In this document: positions 9,101 to 16,841 of the stretch, one piece after another | Layout: the number at the start of each line of letters is the position of its first letter | How positions within the stretch are numbered: position 1 is the stretch's first letter | DNA from: a virus | Strand: one strand, 5' to 3' | Virus record (IMG/VR): IMGVR_UViG_3300018424_007835 | Location: 32,001-96,000 of that record | DNA: 64,000 nucleotides | Notes under the pieces: model-generated | Told to the model about the DNA's origin: nothing | The model's database searches: none | The model's input: the letters and a program-made list of their open reading frames with translations, nothing else | Program-made: the position numbers and the translations under genes

Positions 9101-11942
9101 GATGAGCCCGGACGACTGGAACAACCTAAATGCTATGCCGACTAGAGATTTGCTTAATATGCAGCGGCGCATTTTGGCAGACAAAGAAGATACTCGGGCA
9201 TATGCCGATAAGCTTGGGGAAATTAGTGAGATTCTCGATAGACGTAACCGGTTTGGGCCGACTGAGTTGCAGCAGCCAATCCATAATCGTAGTGATGCGG
9301 CGTTGGAGAATTTGCGGAACGTTTTGTCTAGTGAATTTATTAACCGGCGTGGGATGAACCCTGGTGCAGTTTTGAGCATGCAACGTCTTCGTGATGAGGT
9401 TGATGCAGAAATTGGGCGACGTGAAGCCCGCAATCAGGTTGGCCGGGCTGTAGGTAATAATGCTGATTTAGATGGCAGGCTTGGTCAGATTGCCAGGTAC
9501 GATTGGAAAGAGGCAGCGGAGACTCGCCGGGCTAAGCGGAGGCAAAAGATTAAGGCTTTGGCCCAGCGCAGGTATGGGGATGATACGCCTTGGGACATTA
9601 CGGCCAGCGAACTGTCTTTGTTGGGTGATCGGGAAGCTGAGTCTAGAGTTCGTGCGATGTATTCTGATGGCGTTGAAATGAATGTGGGCGAGATTGAGAT
9701 TGATGGTGTAGTTTATCAGAAGATTATCCAGCCTGAAATTAATGATGTTTATATCCAGCGTGAGTCTGACACTGGCCGTATTTCGTACATTAATGCTGAG
9801 GGGGTTAATAACTTTATTTTGCGTGCTCCAGATGGCACAGAGTTTAGTGAACGAGGCTCCCCAAGTCACCTTGATGGCGGTATTGCGAGGACACTGAATT
9901 TCAAGTACAATGCCGACGGGAGGCTTTCAGCGAACAGCCACGCCTATCATAGTTATCTTGGTTTCAAAAAAACCATTGATGGGCCCAATGGGCAAAAGGT
10001 TGACTTCAGCGGCGGGGGCGCTTCTAACGAGTTTAATGACAACGCTGCCTTGTGGTATGGAGGATTGGGCATTCCTAAGTATAAGGTGTCTGCAGCGGCA
10101 GATGGGGTTGCGGTGTGGGCTCGGCATGGTTACCGTAATAGCGATTCCCGTCAAATTATTAGGCTTAACGAGAGAATGGAACTAATGCTTGAGCGGTACA
10201 ATGGCTACAAGCTGGCTAAGGGAGATGGCAGGGAGATCACCGCCGAGATGCTACAGGCGAAAGCTTTAATCAAGGACGATATCAGGGCCGCCCGCATTGA
10301 TACGATGCTTAGCGTGCATCGTGACCCCGATAGCCGTGCGGACCAGCTTCCAGCTCACCACGATTTTTTGGTGGCTCTGGATGGGCCTAATGGGGAGCGT
10401 AATGCGGTTGCGTTCCAGGCGTTCAAGGGTAGAGGGTTCAGAAGCTTTGCTATTGGAGGACCCGGACAGGATGGGGTGCCTGCAGAAGAGATAGCTGCTT
10501 TAGAAGCTGATGATCCTGACATTTTGGACAAAATGCAACAACTTGGCTATGACGACCACGGTGGTTTGTCGGGGGCACTGTTTGAGGCGGGTACTTACGA
10601 TGTTCAGGAGCTTTTCCCACGGGGATGGTTTGATGAGCCTGATCCAGCTTCTAGGCCAGAAACAATTAATCAGCGGCTGAAAACGGCTGAGCGGTGGAGT
10701 GTTAATCCTAATCGTGTTCCTTTAGATGCAAATAATGACCCGGCAGGTGCCTTGCCTTCTGTTGCGGTTGGTGCCAATGGGATTGATGATCAGGCAACTG
10801 CTGTTCAGCGGCTGCGTGATGGTGGCGACATTATGGAGATTCCTGACTTTTTCGTGGCACAGGCAATCTTTGATAATTCAGATCATCCCGGGTCAGGTCA
10901 TTGGGACCGGTCAGACGTTGTTAACGCTACGCCTCGTTATGAAGTTATTACGGGCATTCAGCGGGGGATTAACAATGCTGGTGCTGATCTGACCGATCTA
11001 CCTAGTGGTATGACTTTCTTCCGAGACTCTGAGACTGGTCAGCTGTATGGGTTCAAGTTTGCTAATGGGTATTCATTTGGTCATTATGGTGGCGCTGTTG
11101 AGGTTACTGCTCGTATGTTGCAGGAGCGGATGGGTATGCAGGCAGGTCAGATTCGTTGGGACGGCCCGATGGGTGAGGACAATAACCCGAATGTGCCTAA
11201 TCCGGGTACGACTCGTGGGTTGGTTATAGAGATGGCTCATAACTGGGTTCCTGAGGGGCGTGGTTTGGGCGATACTAATACTAATCTAAGGTTGCAGGAT
11301 GCGGACGGTTTTGGGCGCAATATAAGAGCGACTTCTGGCAATTCCAGCTATTTTGAGGGGGGAATAGTAACTGAGCCTGACGGTACTGAGGTGGCTGTGG
11401 GGCCAGTAAATTTGGAAGATATGTTCCAGATGACTTTGTTGGATATGCTGTTGGGGAACCCAGACCGGCACGAGGGAAACTTTGGGATTTATGTTGATCC
11501 TGAAACAAATGAGCAGCGTTTGGTGCCTTGGGATAATGAGGCAGGTCTGATAGGTGGTGCCAGATTCGGCCGAGGGGGCCAGGTAGAGATGGGAAGGGTT
11601 TTGCGGCAGCAGGCTATGGCAGATGGGGACCCTGCAGAGCAGATGAAGCTGCTTCAAGCTGGGGGTTATGTGAGTTCTATTCATACGGCGTTGGAGGAGC
11701 GTATTCAGAGTGATCGAGAGGGGGCTCGGGAGGCTCTTAGTGCTGTGATGGAGCGCATGGCGTTTGGTGAAGAAATCGCACGTTTGGGTGATGATATTCA
11801 AGATATGGTTTCGGATGTGGGTGACGATTTGAGTCGTGACAACCAGTGGGAATTGGCGTCTCAGTTGCTCCAGCAGCGGTATGATTGGTTGTTGGAGCAG
11901 TTTGAGTCTAATAATCTAGACTATATTTTGGATCTAATATAG
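3165..11942 (+). CDS. Giant (about 2925 aa) polyvalent head-associated protein with a GNAT-like region and a C-terminal HipA/PI3-4K-like kinase domain
   Basis: Start moved to the ATG at 3165 (GAGGG SD, coupled to the upstream small ORF). Motifs: GGFRRCV...ICAWLHHELTGKWP; two FRCPPG..GG.F....CG repeats; GGGASNEFN..KVSAAADGVAVWARHGY; LLDMLLGNPDRHEGNF..LVPWDNE. Confidence 0.7.
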   Translation: MTDMHVKAPEVGPNADALTSLTRGRGPRRGNLEALFRYWRPILKKPGGFRRCVVILMDNPKFGGKPQRICAWLHHELTGKWPNEGNHHGRGGRSGGGRRRRRGRRKKSFSVDTLVGNSLRETVRESRSLGGVMSQPIDGRQNVVEMKAAMFLQRYESHVFPEVVTDVKRVGIFGGSSRLAQGAQAVGTAIAPGDISDVRSPVRSQIYEMLTPGFGFNIPGRTPRRRGGRGARNKFRCPPGYENGGTFTNSEFSTCGAQILGIPKFGPGAPTLAAARELASLASTAGLVQEIGDLRNNSNPLDIIRAAQIPQAPKKGSPTRAQTSIDFVLQQYSELDFPIKAVRRDGVILEPVVPVQRLAQMNEFDDLADGNLIDKYSSGVIGAELVPAFSSGLRAVYVFIPGVGAVKINRVGGELSPEERAGLLRRFSEGISRAPDMPDPSEDLRAWADASNGRFTVEFGEVTSNGFNVSEPKNELLRVVAAGGIKKTVPRWVYETFMSRSAPRRAKNAPIFEIESEEKSLKVFAFDLPTQPFEAELLMRGAQAYNKNISTKVATFRSLSFKAPSARRIGRTIGETAGSVGGGVSAVFDSGANRFRCPPGTRHGGRFSDQFGRNCGGVAGPQALNRLQQLTNFFQEAQSTINRLNLSGGNGDLDRVTDIPELREALEDAKAQIAEFDTGDAGMLGPGLLQPTERTPLIGLRYVEILERMKADERRREIFENVDWNNLEEVRELFSTLATVEAGRLEVNPPQTPGERRRAALVDNNIDLFGATLQEAVGKNLGTIDAPARPRRARRVEDPDAVDPSPEVLERLRQGSELLPGLRDQLRRYDQFDNLRPGDEHPDRPGFFLTENGGFEDRFGRPMPLLGGGRSGSGRTNDRNAVDITPEVLERLREYADPDSELMQRFSEQRSRQEIIDNLRPGDEHPDFPGYYLDDNGGLRDRTGRPLPLRAGQADLPPRRPRVNPNSEAGFVEAARAEVPDGPDAAFERDKAEWKARKRYWMRTLAEIDDYDDRRWVQRLTDENLQRYADHLSAEDQRGDEINSFQEKMREFVRAEMEFRGLRRPDAIEPGDLPDEADEQFDVAEFQADLVQRLEEGGLDLGSFSQAELDDILKKLDRVLEDNSEPDDGVVWAGIRDALRDEQRRRDALRIGSGVGINERFDLNDPDGVIDALEELDERLDVAEDLTTRNLLERMSNEDLGFYLRAVDRAIEEFDDIDLARLRDDLSREVNRRNGEKPDTPDVVNKHFDELVNRWEALDAGDMGALLFAQLSDDDVVKFRNALARYDGNDPRAEMFRRELDKVFEERFGEGGSKQHSHLPGQELDEKFDLFVSKDIEAALREMNERMFAFDDSDRLGVTQEFWASLSDRDLMFYEQLILRAGSVFGEDNSELRLVLRDFFTDIREEVVRRGPNMGRRPAPRTDAPSEAAIRNVRNRFPRRGLPGRAYWRDEDYDRGDGPELDRRFGRYYDDGSGVLNERGRLVNRVIKEDRAEGDLRPVDDDAQFNRFADPELAIPAAVGNILWKLSQQLNDNPEVFAAAVLNAFQEAANMFRGGVTAREKLNLDALRSYVDSIGDPQAKRLATMRLRNFRALNAALDALDRGDNDRALRALAMLNPVARNNLQQLVDGAPSPEALRSPRRVSPDSLDRFTPDFIVDADAYDLSLAFEEVREAARNAPPGPQRVQALQLLREMRQELARRHRAARIMQTDEEYLDRVMDRALNTQINSFGDAGALPAEMNRLTILELRDALATERGRVADGTGSIERVQRLEAAIAAVTDVYNAQIGRDGRRYEQKLEDAWSAIWGSPEDGMVVPHAVDDASGVAEILRNDFGISLEDWPELRRDLARRIDGLSVDDYARLTGDDNLGPEYLLFNIDRVFEDARRSEIFEMNLPLADRSREALEERLAYLDNFEIDEIARLARRTEAPSPNRLQLDERLQNNRNREIGELELELRRRGAEQMGSNIEFPVNAENIGYGWMSPDDWNNLNAMPTRDLLNMQRRILADKEDTRAYADKLGEISEILDRRNRFGPTELQQPIHNRSDAALENLRNVLSSEFINRRGMNPGAVLSMQRLRDEVDAEIGRREARNQVGRAVGNNADLDGRLGQIARYDWKEAAETRRAKRRQKIKALAQRRYGDDTPWDITASELSLLGDREAESRVRAMYSDGVEMNVGEIEIDGVVYQKIIQPEINDVYIQRESDTGRISYINAEGVNNFILRAPDGTEFSERGSPSHLDGGIARTLNFKYNADGRLSANSHAYHSYLGFKKTIDGPNGQKVDFSGGGASNEFNDNAALWYGGLGIPKYKVSAAADGVAVWARHGYRNSDSRQIIRLNERMELMLERYNGYKLAKGDGREITAEMLQAKALIKDDIRAARIDTMLSVHRDPDSRADQLPAHHDFLVALDGPNGERNAVAFQAFKGRGFRSFAIGGPGQDGVPAEEIAALEADDPDILDKMQQLGYDDHGGLSGALFEAGTYDVQELFPRGWFDEPDPASRPETINQRLKTAERWSVNPNRVPLDANNDPAGALPSVAVGANGIDDQATAVQRLRDGGDIMEIPDFFVAQAIFDNSDHPGSGHWDRSDVVNATPRYEVITGIQRGINNAGADLTDLPSGMTFFRDSETGQLYGFKFANGYSFGHYGGAVEVTARMLQERMGMQAGQIRWDGPMGEDNNPNVPNPGTTRGLVIEMAHNWVPEGRGLGDTNTNLRLQDADGFGRNIRATSGNSSYFEGGIVTEPDGTEVAVGPVNLEDMFQMTLLDMLLGNPDRHEGNFGIYVDPETNEQRLVPWDNEAGLIGGARFGRGGQVEMGRVLRQQAMADGDPAEQMKLLQAGGYVSSIHTALEERIQSDREGAREALSAVMERMAFGEEIARLGDDIQDMVSDVGDDLSRDNQWELASQLLQQRYDWLLEQFESNNLDYILDLI
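5578..5944 (+). repeat. Internal tandem duplication (about 240-250 nt unit) in the giant gene
   Basis: Identical 26-mer at 5578-5603 and 5818-5843; identical 32-mer at 5661-5692 and 5913-5944; encodes PEVLERLR...DNLRPGDEHPD twice. Confidence 0.95.
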
Positions 11943-11957
11943 GGGAAGGGTGCAGTC

Positions 11958-12206
11958 ATGAGGCGTTACGTGTTTTTTGATAAGTTTGATAAGACTCAGA
12001 GGGGGATTCTAACCTTAGAGGATAACGGAGATTTTTCTGCTGAGCCAGCGGATATGTTGCCGTATTTTGCTGGTATGGTGCGCTGGCTGGGCCCTGATGA
12101 TAAGCCAACTTCTATATTTGATTTTGTTAAAAGTGGGTTGTATAATATGGATGTGGTTCGTCTTGCTGATGACGGAGAAATGTATTACATTGGGGAGGGC
12201 GACTGA
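11958..12206 (+). CDS. Small hypothetical protein (candidate immunity/partner of the kinase domain)
   Basis: 82-aa ORF with purine-rich SD immediately after the giant gene; function is inference. Confidence 0.6.
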   Translation: MRRYVFFDKFDKTQRGILTLEDNGDFSAEPADMLPYFAGMVRWLGPDDKPTSIFDFVKSGLYNMDVVRLADDGEMYYIGEGD

Positions 12207-12817
12207 TGTACAAGTATTATGCGCTTGCTGATGGAAACATGATAGTCGCTCGGGTTAGCGATTCGGGGGACTCCGCAGTTTTTTTCGCTAAGCGGGGTTG
12301 GCAGGACGATGTGGATGCCTTTGAGGAAACCGTAGAAGTACGGAAAGCCCGTCAAGAATCGGCTCCGTATGACGAGGCTGTTCTTAAGAATGCCTTTTCT
12401 GATTTGGTTGAGATTAGTTCAGCCCTATTTGATAGTGCCGTAGGACAAATCAACACTTTCAATCAAGAGTACGATAACAATCAAGCACAGCTTGAGGGTA
12501 TGACTGATCATGATATGGGGTTTTTTATTACTGAGTTTCCTGCACGCCGCCCACGTTTAGCTTCCTATGAGGATATTAACAAGCTGTGGACTGCTATGTT
12601 TGTGGTTTCTACGGGAGGGGGCGATGATGAAGGTGTTCGCACACCTGAGCAAACTCGTGCCGATCTAAAGGCGTTGTATTCTTTGTTGAAGAACGCTGAG
12701 AACACAAACGACGGTTCCACTATTCGTAATTTGGTTCGTTCTTTGGGTGATTTTGATACAGGTATTGTACCGGACCGTGGTTTGGTTGAGCCTGTTCAAA
12801 GGAGGGGTAATGGCTAA
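12206..12817 (+). CDS. Hypothetical protein
   Basis: 203 aa; TGATG overlap with the upstream gene, overlaps the downstream start. Confidence 0.65.
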   Translation: MYKYYALADGNMIVARVSDSGDSAVFFAKRGWQDDVDAFEETVEVRKARQESAPYDEAVLKNAFSDLVEISSALFDSAVGQINTFNQEYDNNQAQLEGMTDHDMGFFITEFPARRPRLASYEDINKLWTAMFVVSTGGGDDEGVRTPEQTRADLKALYSLLKNAENTNDGSTIRNLVRSLGDFDTGIVPDRGLVEPVQRRGNG

Positions 12818-14315
12818 GGACCCATTGGAAGATCAGACAGTTCCGACTAAAGAGATGGCAGAAGAGTTATCTCGTATTTTGGGTTGTTCGGGGGCGCATA
12901 AAATTGGCGATGATGCGTGGGGCCCGTGTGAGTCTTCATCAGATTTAAAGAGGCTTATTCGTATGGGCAATCCTGCGTTTCGTGAATGGAAGAAACGTCA
13001 GGGTAAAGGTGGGTTTGAGGACTTGTTGCGCTTGAAGGCCGTTGGTGCCCGCAAAGGAATGTTTGATACGCAGGCTGAAGCTGAAATGGCGGCTGTGCGA
13101 TTGGGTTGCTTTGGGGCACATCAGGCGGGGCAGGGGCGGTGGGCTCCTTGTGGTACTCCAGAAGAGCATAATGCTGTTCATGCTTCAGAGCCAAATGGTA
13201 GAAGGGTTTTACGGGCAGCTAAGCCTGCCCGTCGTGTTATTACTAATCCTAAGGTGTGGGAAAACTTACGGGAGCGTGGGCCGCTTCGCATAGAGACGCT
13301 ACCTGGGGGTGGTTTAGTTTCTGGTAAGGCTGCCGCATCGGATTCGTTTAAGCCCACGGCTGGTATGGTTGAGGAAGCAAAGCGGGCTTTGGATTGGCGT
13401 AAAGAGTTTGGCCGTGGGGGTACTATGGTTGGTATTGCACGGGCAAGGGACATAGCTAATGGCCGCAATTTGCCGTATGCTACGGTGAAGCGTATGAAGG
13501 CGTTTTTTGATAGGCATCAGAGTGATTCTAAAGCGGAGGGGTATCGGCCGGGGGAGAAGGGTTTTCCTTCTAATGGTCGGATTGCTTGGGCGCTGTGGGG
13601 CGGTGATGCTGGGTATACGTGGGCTAAGGCTATTGTTCGCCGGGTGGAGGGTAAAGAGAAGTCTATTTTTGATTCGATTGAAGAGAAGCGTTTCTATACT
13701 CGTAAGCGTAGGGATGAGTACGCTAAGCGTGGATGGGCGCTTCCTGATGGGTCGTTTCCGATTAGGGATGTGGGGGATTTGCGAAACGCAATTCAGGCTT
13801 ACGGGTTAGGTAAGAATCGGGCTGCAGCTAAGCGTCATATTATGAAGCGGGCGAGGGCGTTGGGGCGGACCGATTTGATTCCTGATAATTGGAAGCAGAG
13901 AGAGAAAGCTGCCCGTCGAGGCGGTGATCCTAAAACTCCAGCTAAGCCGTCTGAGCGTATATCGGGGTCTAGTAGAAATAAGCCAGGGTCAGCGTCCGGG
14001 AAACGAAACAATATTGAGTTATCTGCGGCGGTGAAGAACTCCTTAAAAGATAAGGTTAAGACACACAATGAGAAAATGCGGAGTAGCGATAAGCCCGACC
14101 GGACTGTTACGCTGGGGCGTTTAACGGCTGTTTGGCGTAGGGGTGCTGGCGCTTTTTCGCAAACGCACCGCCCGAACATGTCTAGGCAACAGTGGGCGAT
14201 GGGCAGGGTGAATGCTTTTCTAAAATTGGTGTCTAGTGGAAAACCTTCAAACCCGAAGTACACGACCGATAACGATTTGTTGCCCGAGAAGCATCCACGT
14301 TATTCTAAGGGTTGA
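12810..14315 (+). CDS. Basic modular head protein: two DUF3721-like modules, a RIAWALWGGD head-morphogenesis-associated domain, an LPDGSFPI domain and a DUF5824-like domain
   Basis: AGGAGG SD before ATG 12810. Motifs LGCSGAH..WGPC, LGCFGAH..WAPC, GRGGTMVGIARARDIA..RIAWALWGGDAG, ALPDGSFPIRDVGDLRNAIQAYG, VWRRGAGAF..HRP..QQWAMGRVNAF. Confidence 0.65.
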   Translation: MAKDPLEDQTVPTKEMAEELSRILGCSGAHKIGDDAWGPCESSSDLKRLIRMGNPAFREWKKRQGKGGFEDLLRLKAVGARKGMFDTQAEAEMAAVRLGCFGAHQAGQGRWAPCGTPEEHNAVHASEPNGRRVLRAAKPARRVITNPKVWENLRERGPLRIETLPGGGLVSGKAAASDSFKPTAGMVEEAKRALDWRKEFGRGGTMVGIARARDIANGRNLPYATVKRMKAFFDRHQSDSKAEGYRPGEKGFPSNGRIAWALWGGDAGYTWAKAIVRRVEGKEKSIFDSIEEKRFYTRKRRDEYAKRGWALPDGSFPIRDVGDLRNAIQAYGLGKNRAAAKRHIMKRARALGRTDLIPDNWKQREKAARRGGDPKTPAKPSERISGSSRNKPGSASGKRNNIELSAAVKNSLKDKVKTHNEKMRSSDKPDRTVTLGRLTAVWRRGAGAFSQTHRPNMSRQQWAMGRVNAFLKLVSSGKPSNPKYTTDNDLLPEKHPRYSKG

Positions 14316-14502
14316 GCGGTTTTGCTAGTAGTGTGATATACGTTATTTTTGGTTTTTGCGGCGCTGTAAGAGATTATTGTTAAAGTTCCCGTGGTTGCCT
14401 TTACTTTGGTGCTAGCATAATAGTTGACTGGTGTCACTGCTTTTTGGGTCGCCTGTCATTAAACAGTAAACATGTTAAACTCAAACCTTAGGAGGAATGA
14501 AC

Positions 14503-15900
14503 ATGAGTTTTGATGAGAGTCGTCTCAATGAGCTGAAGGGTGCTTTGTCTGAGAAGATGGCAGAGCAGCGTCAGATTGCTGATTCGATGCAGATTGAGGG
14601 GACTACCCTTATTGCTGACGCAGAGAAGAAGGCTGCGTTCCAGAAGAATATGGTTGACATCAAGGAAATTAAGGGTCTCATTGAGGGTCTTGGTGAGCTT
14701 GAGGAAGTTCAGAAGTGGGCTTCGGAGCCGAATCAGAAGAGCGTGGCTGCTGCGGCAGATGCGGCTGCTGATCGTCGTCCGCAGGCTTCGACTGTGGGTG
14801 GTGCCTTTTTGGATTCGCCTGAGTTCAAGGATTTGCAGGGTGGCCGAAATGGTTACACCATGCGCTCGCCTTTTGAGGTGAAGAGCCTTCTTACCAAGGA
14901 TATTCATCAAGGTACTCCTGGTGGGACCGGTTTTGCAGCCCCTGATATGTTTGGTGGAGTTGAGCGTGACGGTATTGTGCAGCTTCCGCAGCGTAGCCGC
15001 CGGGTTCGGGATCTTTTCCCTGCCCGCACGACTAATGCTGCGGTTGTTGAGTACTTCCGTCAGACCGGCTATGTGCTTAGCACCTACGGTACCGGTCGTG
15101 CAGTCACTCCTGGTACGCCGGGTGGTGACGGATGGCGTGCCGGGTTTGCGTCTGCGGCTTCGGCTTACATGGTACCTGAGCGTGATGGGAGTGAGTTTGG
15201 CATGAAGCCACAGTCAAGCCTTTCCTTTGTTGGCCGTCAGGCTCCGGTGCGCACTATTGCTCACTGGGAAGCTGCTCACCGTAATGTGTTGTCGGATGAG
15301 CCTCAGCTTCGTGGGATCATTGACAATGAGCTTCTGTACGGCCTTCGCCTTATGGAGGATCAGCAGATCCTTAATGGCGACGGCAGCGGCGACCAGCTTG
15401 ACGGTATCCTCAACGACAGCGACATTCAGGCTTATACCCACCCGAACTTCTCACCGGGCTACGCTTCGGCCGCTTCAGCGAACGAGTCCACTGACACGAA
15501 GGCTGACGCAATTCGTCGTGCGCTTACTCTCGCCTACCTGGCGAACTACGAGCCCACTGGCGTGATTGTCAACCCGATTGACTGGGAAGACATTGAGCTG
15601 ACGAAGAACAGCCAGGGCACCTACCTCCTTGCGATGTCGGTTGCTGGTGGCGCTGAGTCACGGGTGTGGCGGGTTCCCGTCATCGACACCCCTGCGATTG
15701 CTCAGGGCACGGCGCTGGTTGGTGCCTTCGGTACCGGCGCTCAGCTGTACGACCGTGAGGCGGCTTCGATCCGTATTTCGGAGAACTACGATGACTTCTT
15801 CACTCGGAACGCTATTGTTGTTCTGGCTGAAGAGCGCCTTGCCCTTGCGGTGAAGCGCCCCGAGTCGTTCGTTGCAATTACCTTAGGTGAACAACCATAA
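14503..15900 (+). CDS. Major capsid protein, HK97 fold, with N-terminal coiled-coil delta domain
   Basis: AGGAGG SD 7 nt before ATG 14503; VRDLFP, VRTIAHW, EDQQILNGDG...LDGIL, FTRNAIVVLAEERLALAVKRPESFV are typical HK97-family signatures. Confidence 0.95.
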   Translation: MSFDESRLNELKGALSEKMAEQRQIADSMQIEGTTLIADAEKKAAFQKNMVDIKEIKGLIEGLGELEEVQKWASEPNQKSVAAAADAAADRRPQASTVGGAFLDSPEFKDLQGGRNGYTMRSPFEVKSLLTKDIHQGTPGGTGFAAPDMFGGVERDGIVQLPQRSRRVRDLFPARTTNAAVVEYFRQTGYVLSTYGTGRAVTPGTPGGDGWRAGFASAASAYMVPERDGSEFGMKPQSSLSFVGRQAPVRTIAHWEAAHRNVLSDEPQLRGIIDNELLYGLRLMEDQQILNGDGSGDQLDGILNDSDIQAYTHPNFSPGYASAASANESTDTKADAIRRALTLAYLANYEPTGVIVNPIDWEDIELTKNSQGTYLLAMSVAGGAESRVWRVPVIDTPAIAQGTALVGAFGTGAQLYDREAASIRISENYDDFFTRNAIVVLAEERLALAVKRPESFVAITLGEQP

Positions 15901-15925
15901 TCGTAGTTTAACGGCTTAGAGTTTT

Positions 15926-15956
15926 GCCCCCGGGTTTCGGCCCGGGGGCTTTCTCT
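15926..15956 (+). terminator. Intrinsic terminator after the capsid gene
   Basis: GCCCCCGGG-TTTCGG-CCCGGGGGC stem followed by TTTCTCT. Confidence 0.85.
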
Positions 15957-15970
15957 ATTAGTCGTGGCTT

Positions 15971-15987
15971 TGCTATAATAGGGTATG
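15971..15987 (+). promoter_or_regulatory. Extended -10 leaderless promoter
   Basis: TGC-TATAAT-AGGGT-ATG with no SD; identical CTATAATAGGGTATG at 19903-19917. Confidence 0.75.
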
Positions 15988-16725
15988 CCAATATTTAATT
16001 TTGACGATGAAGATTCTGATGTTCCGATCCCTACGTGGACGCCCGATCAGATACAGAGCTTAGAGTCAATTAATCCTTTCTATGTACCTGGCATCGTTAA
16101 CCTGTTAAAGTTTTTAGTTCACGAAAAAGGAACTTTGCTGGACAGCGTGCTTGATTTAACTTTTGTTTTACATTCTGTTGCCAACATGGATAATAGCGAC
16201 TACACACTTAGCAGGACAGACGGTCTTGTTGCTATTGCGAGTGAGTTTTGTTTGATTGACTGTCTGTATGACGGATCGGTTTTAGCAGGAATTGAGATGT
16301 TAGATAACGCTGTACTGTTTTTGGCTTTGAACGATCAAGCAAATTTTGCTTTGGAAGCGGCAGTTTGCTTAAAAGACAAAAACTCCTCAATCATGCAAAC
16401 ATCGGCTGTGCTACCGTCACTTTCGCTGTTTGGGCATTGGGAAGAATTTGCGTCAACGGTACTCGCTTGCCTATTGACAAATGCTTCCACATCTAGTAAA
16501 ATGTCTACACTGTTTAAAGTGATCAAACATCTAGACATTGGAGTGAACTCAGAAATAGAGTTTGTTGACCACATAAGAAAGCTGTGTGCGGTTAATCTGC
16601 TGTCCTTAAACATATCCGAAAGTAGTGATGCTGTAGTAAGCATTAATCACCAACCCGCAGGGCTGTTTCTTCTATTTTCGAACCAAGAAAAACTGGCTAG
16701 ACGTTTAGCGGAGTTGTCCATCTGA
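15985..16725 (+). CDS. Hypothetical protein (independently expressed, moron-like)
   Basis: 246-aa ORF between a terminator/leaderless promoter and the RNR gene; visibly more A-rich than its neighbours. Confidence 0.65.
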   Translation: MPIFNFDDEDSDVPIPTWTPDQIQSLESINPFYVPGIVNLLKFLVHEKGTLLDSVLDLTFVLHSVANMDNSDYTLSRTDGLVAIASEFCLIDCLYDGSVLAGIEMLDNAVLFLALNDQANFALEAAVCLKDKNSSIMQTSAVLPSLSLFGHWEEFASTVLACLLTNASTSSKMSTLFKVIKHLDIGVNSEIEFVDHIRKLCAVNLLSLNISESSDAVVSINHQPAGLFLLFSNQEKLARRLAELSI

Positions 16726-16841
16726 TAACTTTTTTGGACAACTGGTCTTTTCACAATAACTTGACTACTTACCGTTAGCACTGCCCGTTAGAATACAAGA
16801 ACCATCATTTTTACGAAGACATATATTTAGGAGGATTCGCC

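Noticed and set aside
16745-16835. NrdR box or full promoter upstream of nrdJ
   Set aside because: Only a weak resemblance (ACATATATTTAG); TTGACT and TAGAAT are 22 nt apart, which is non-canonical
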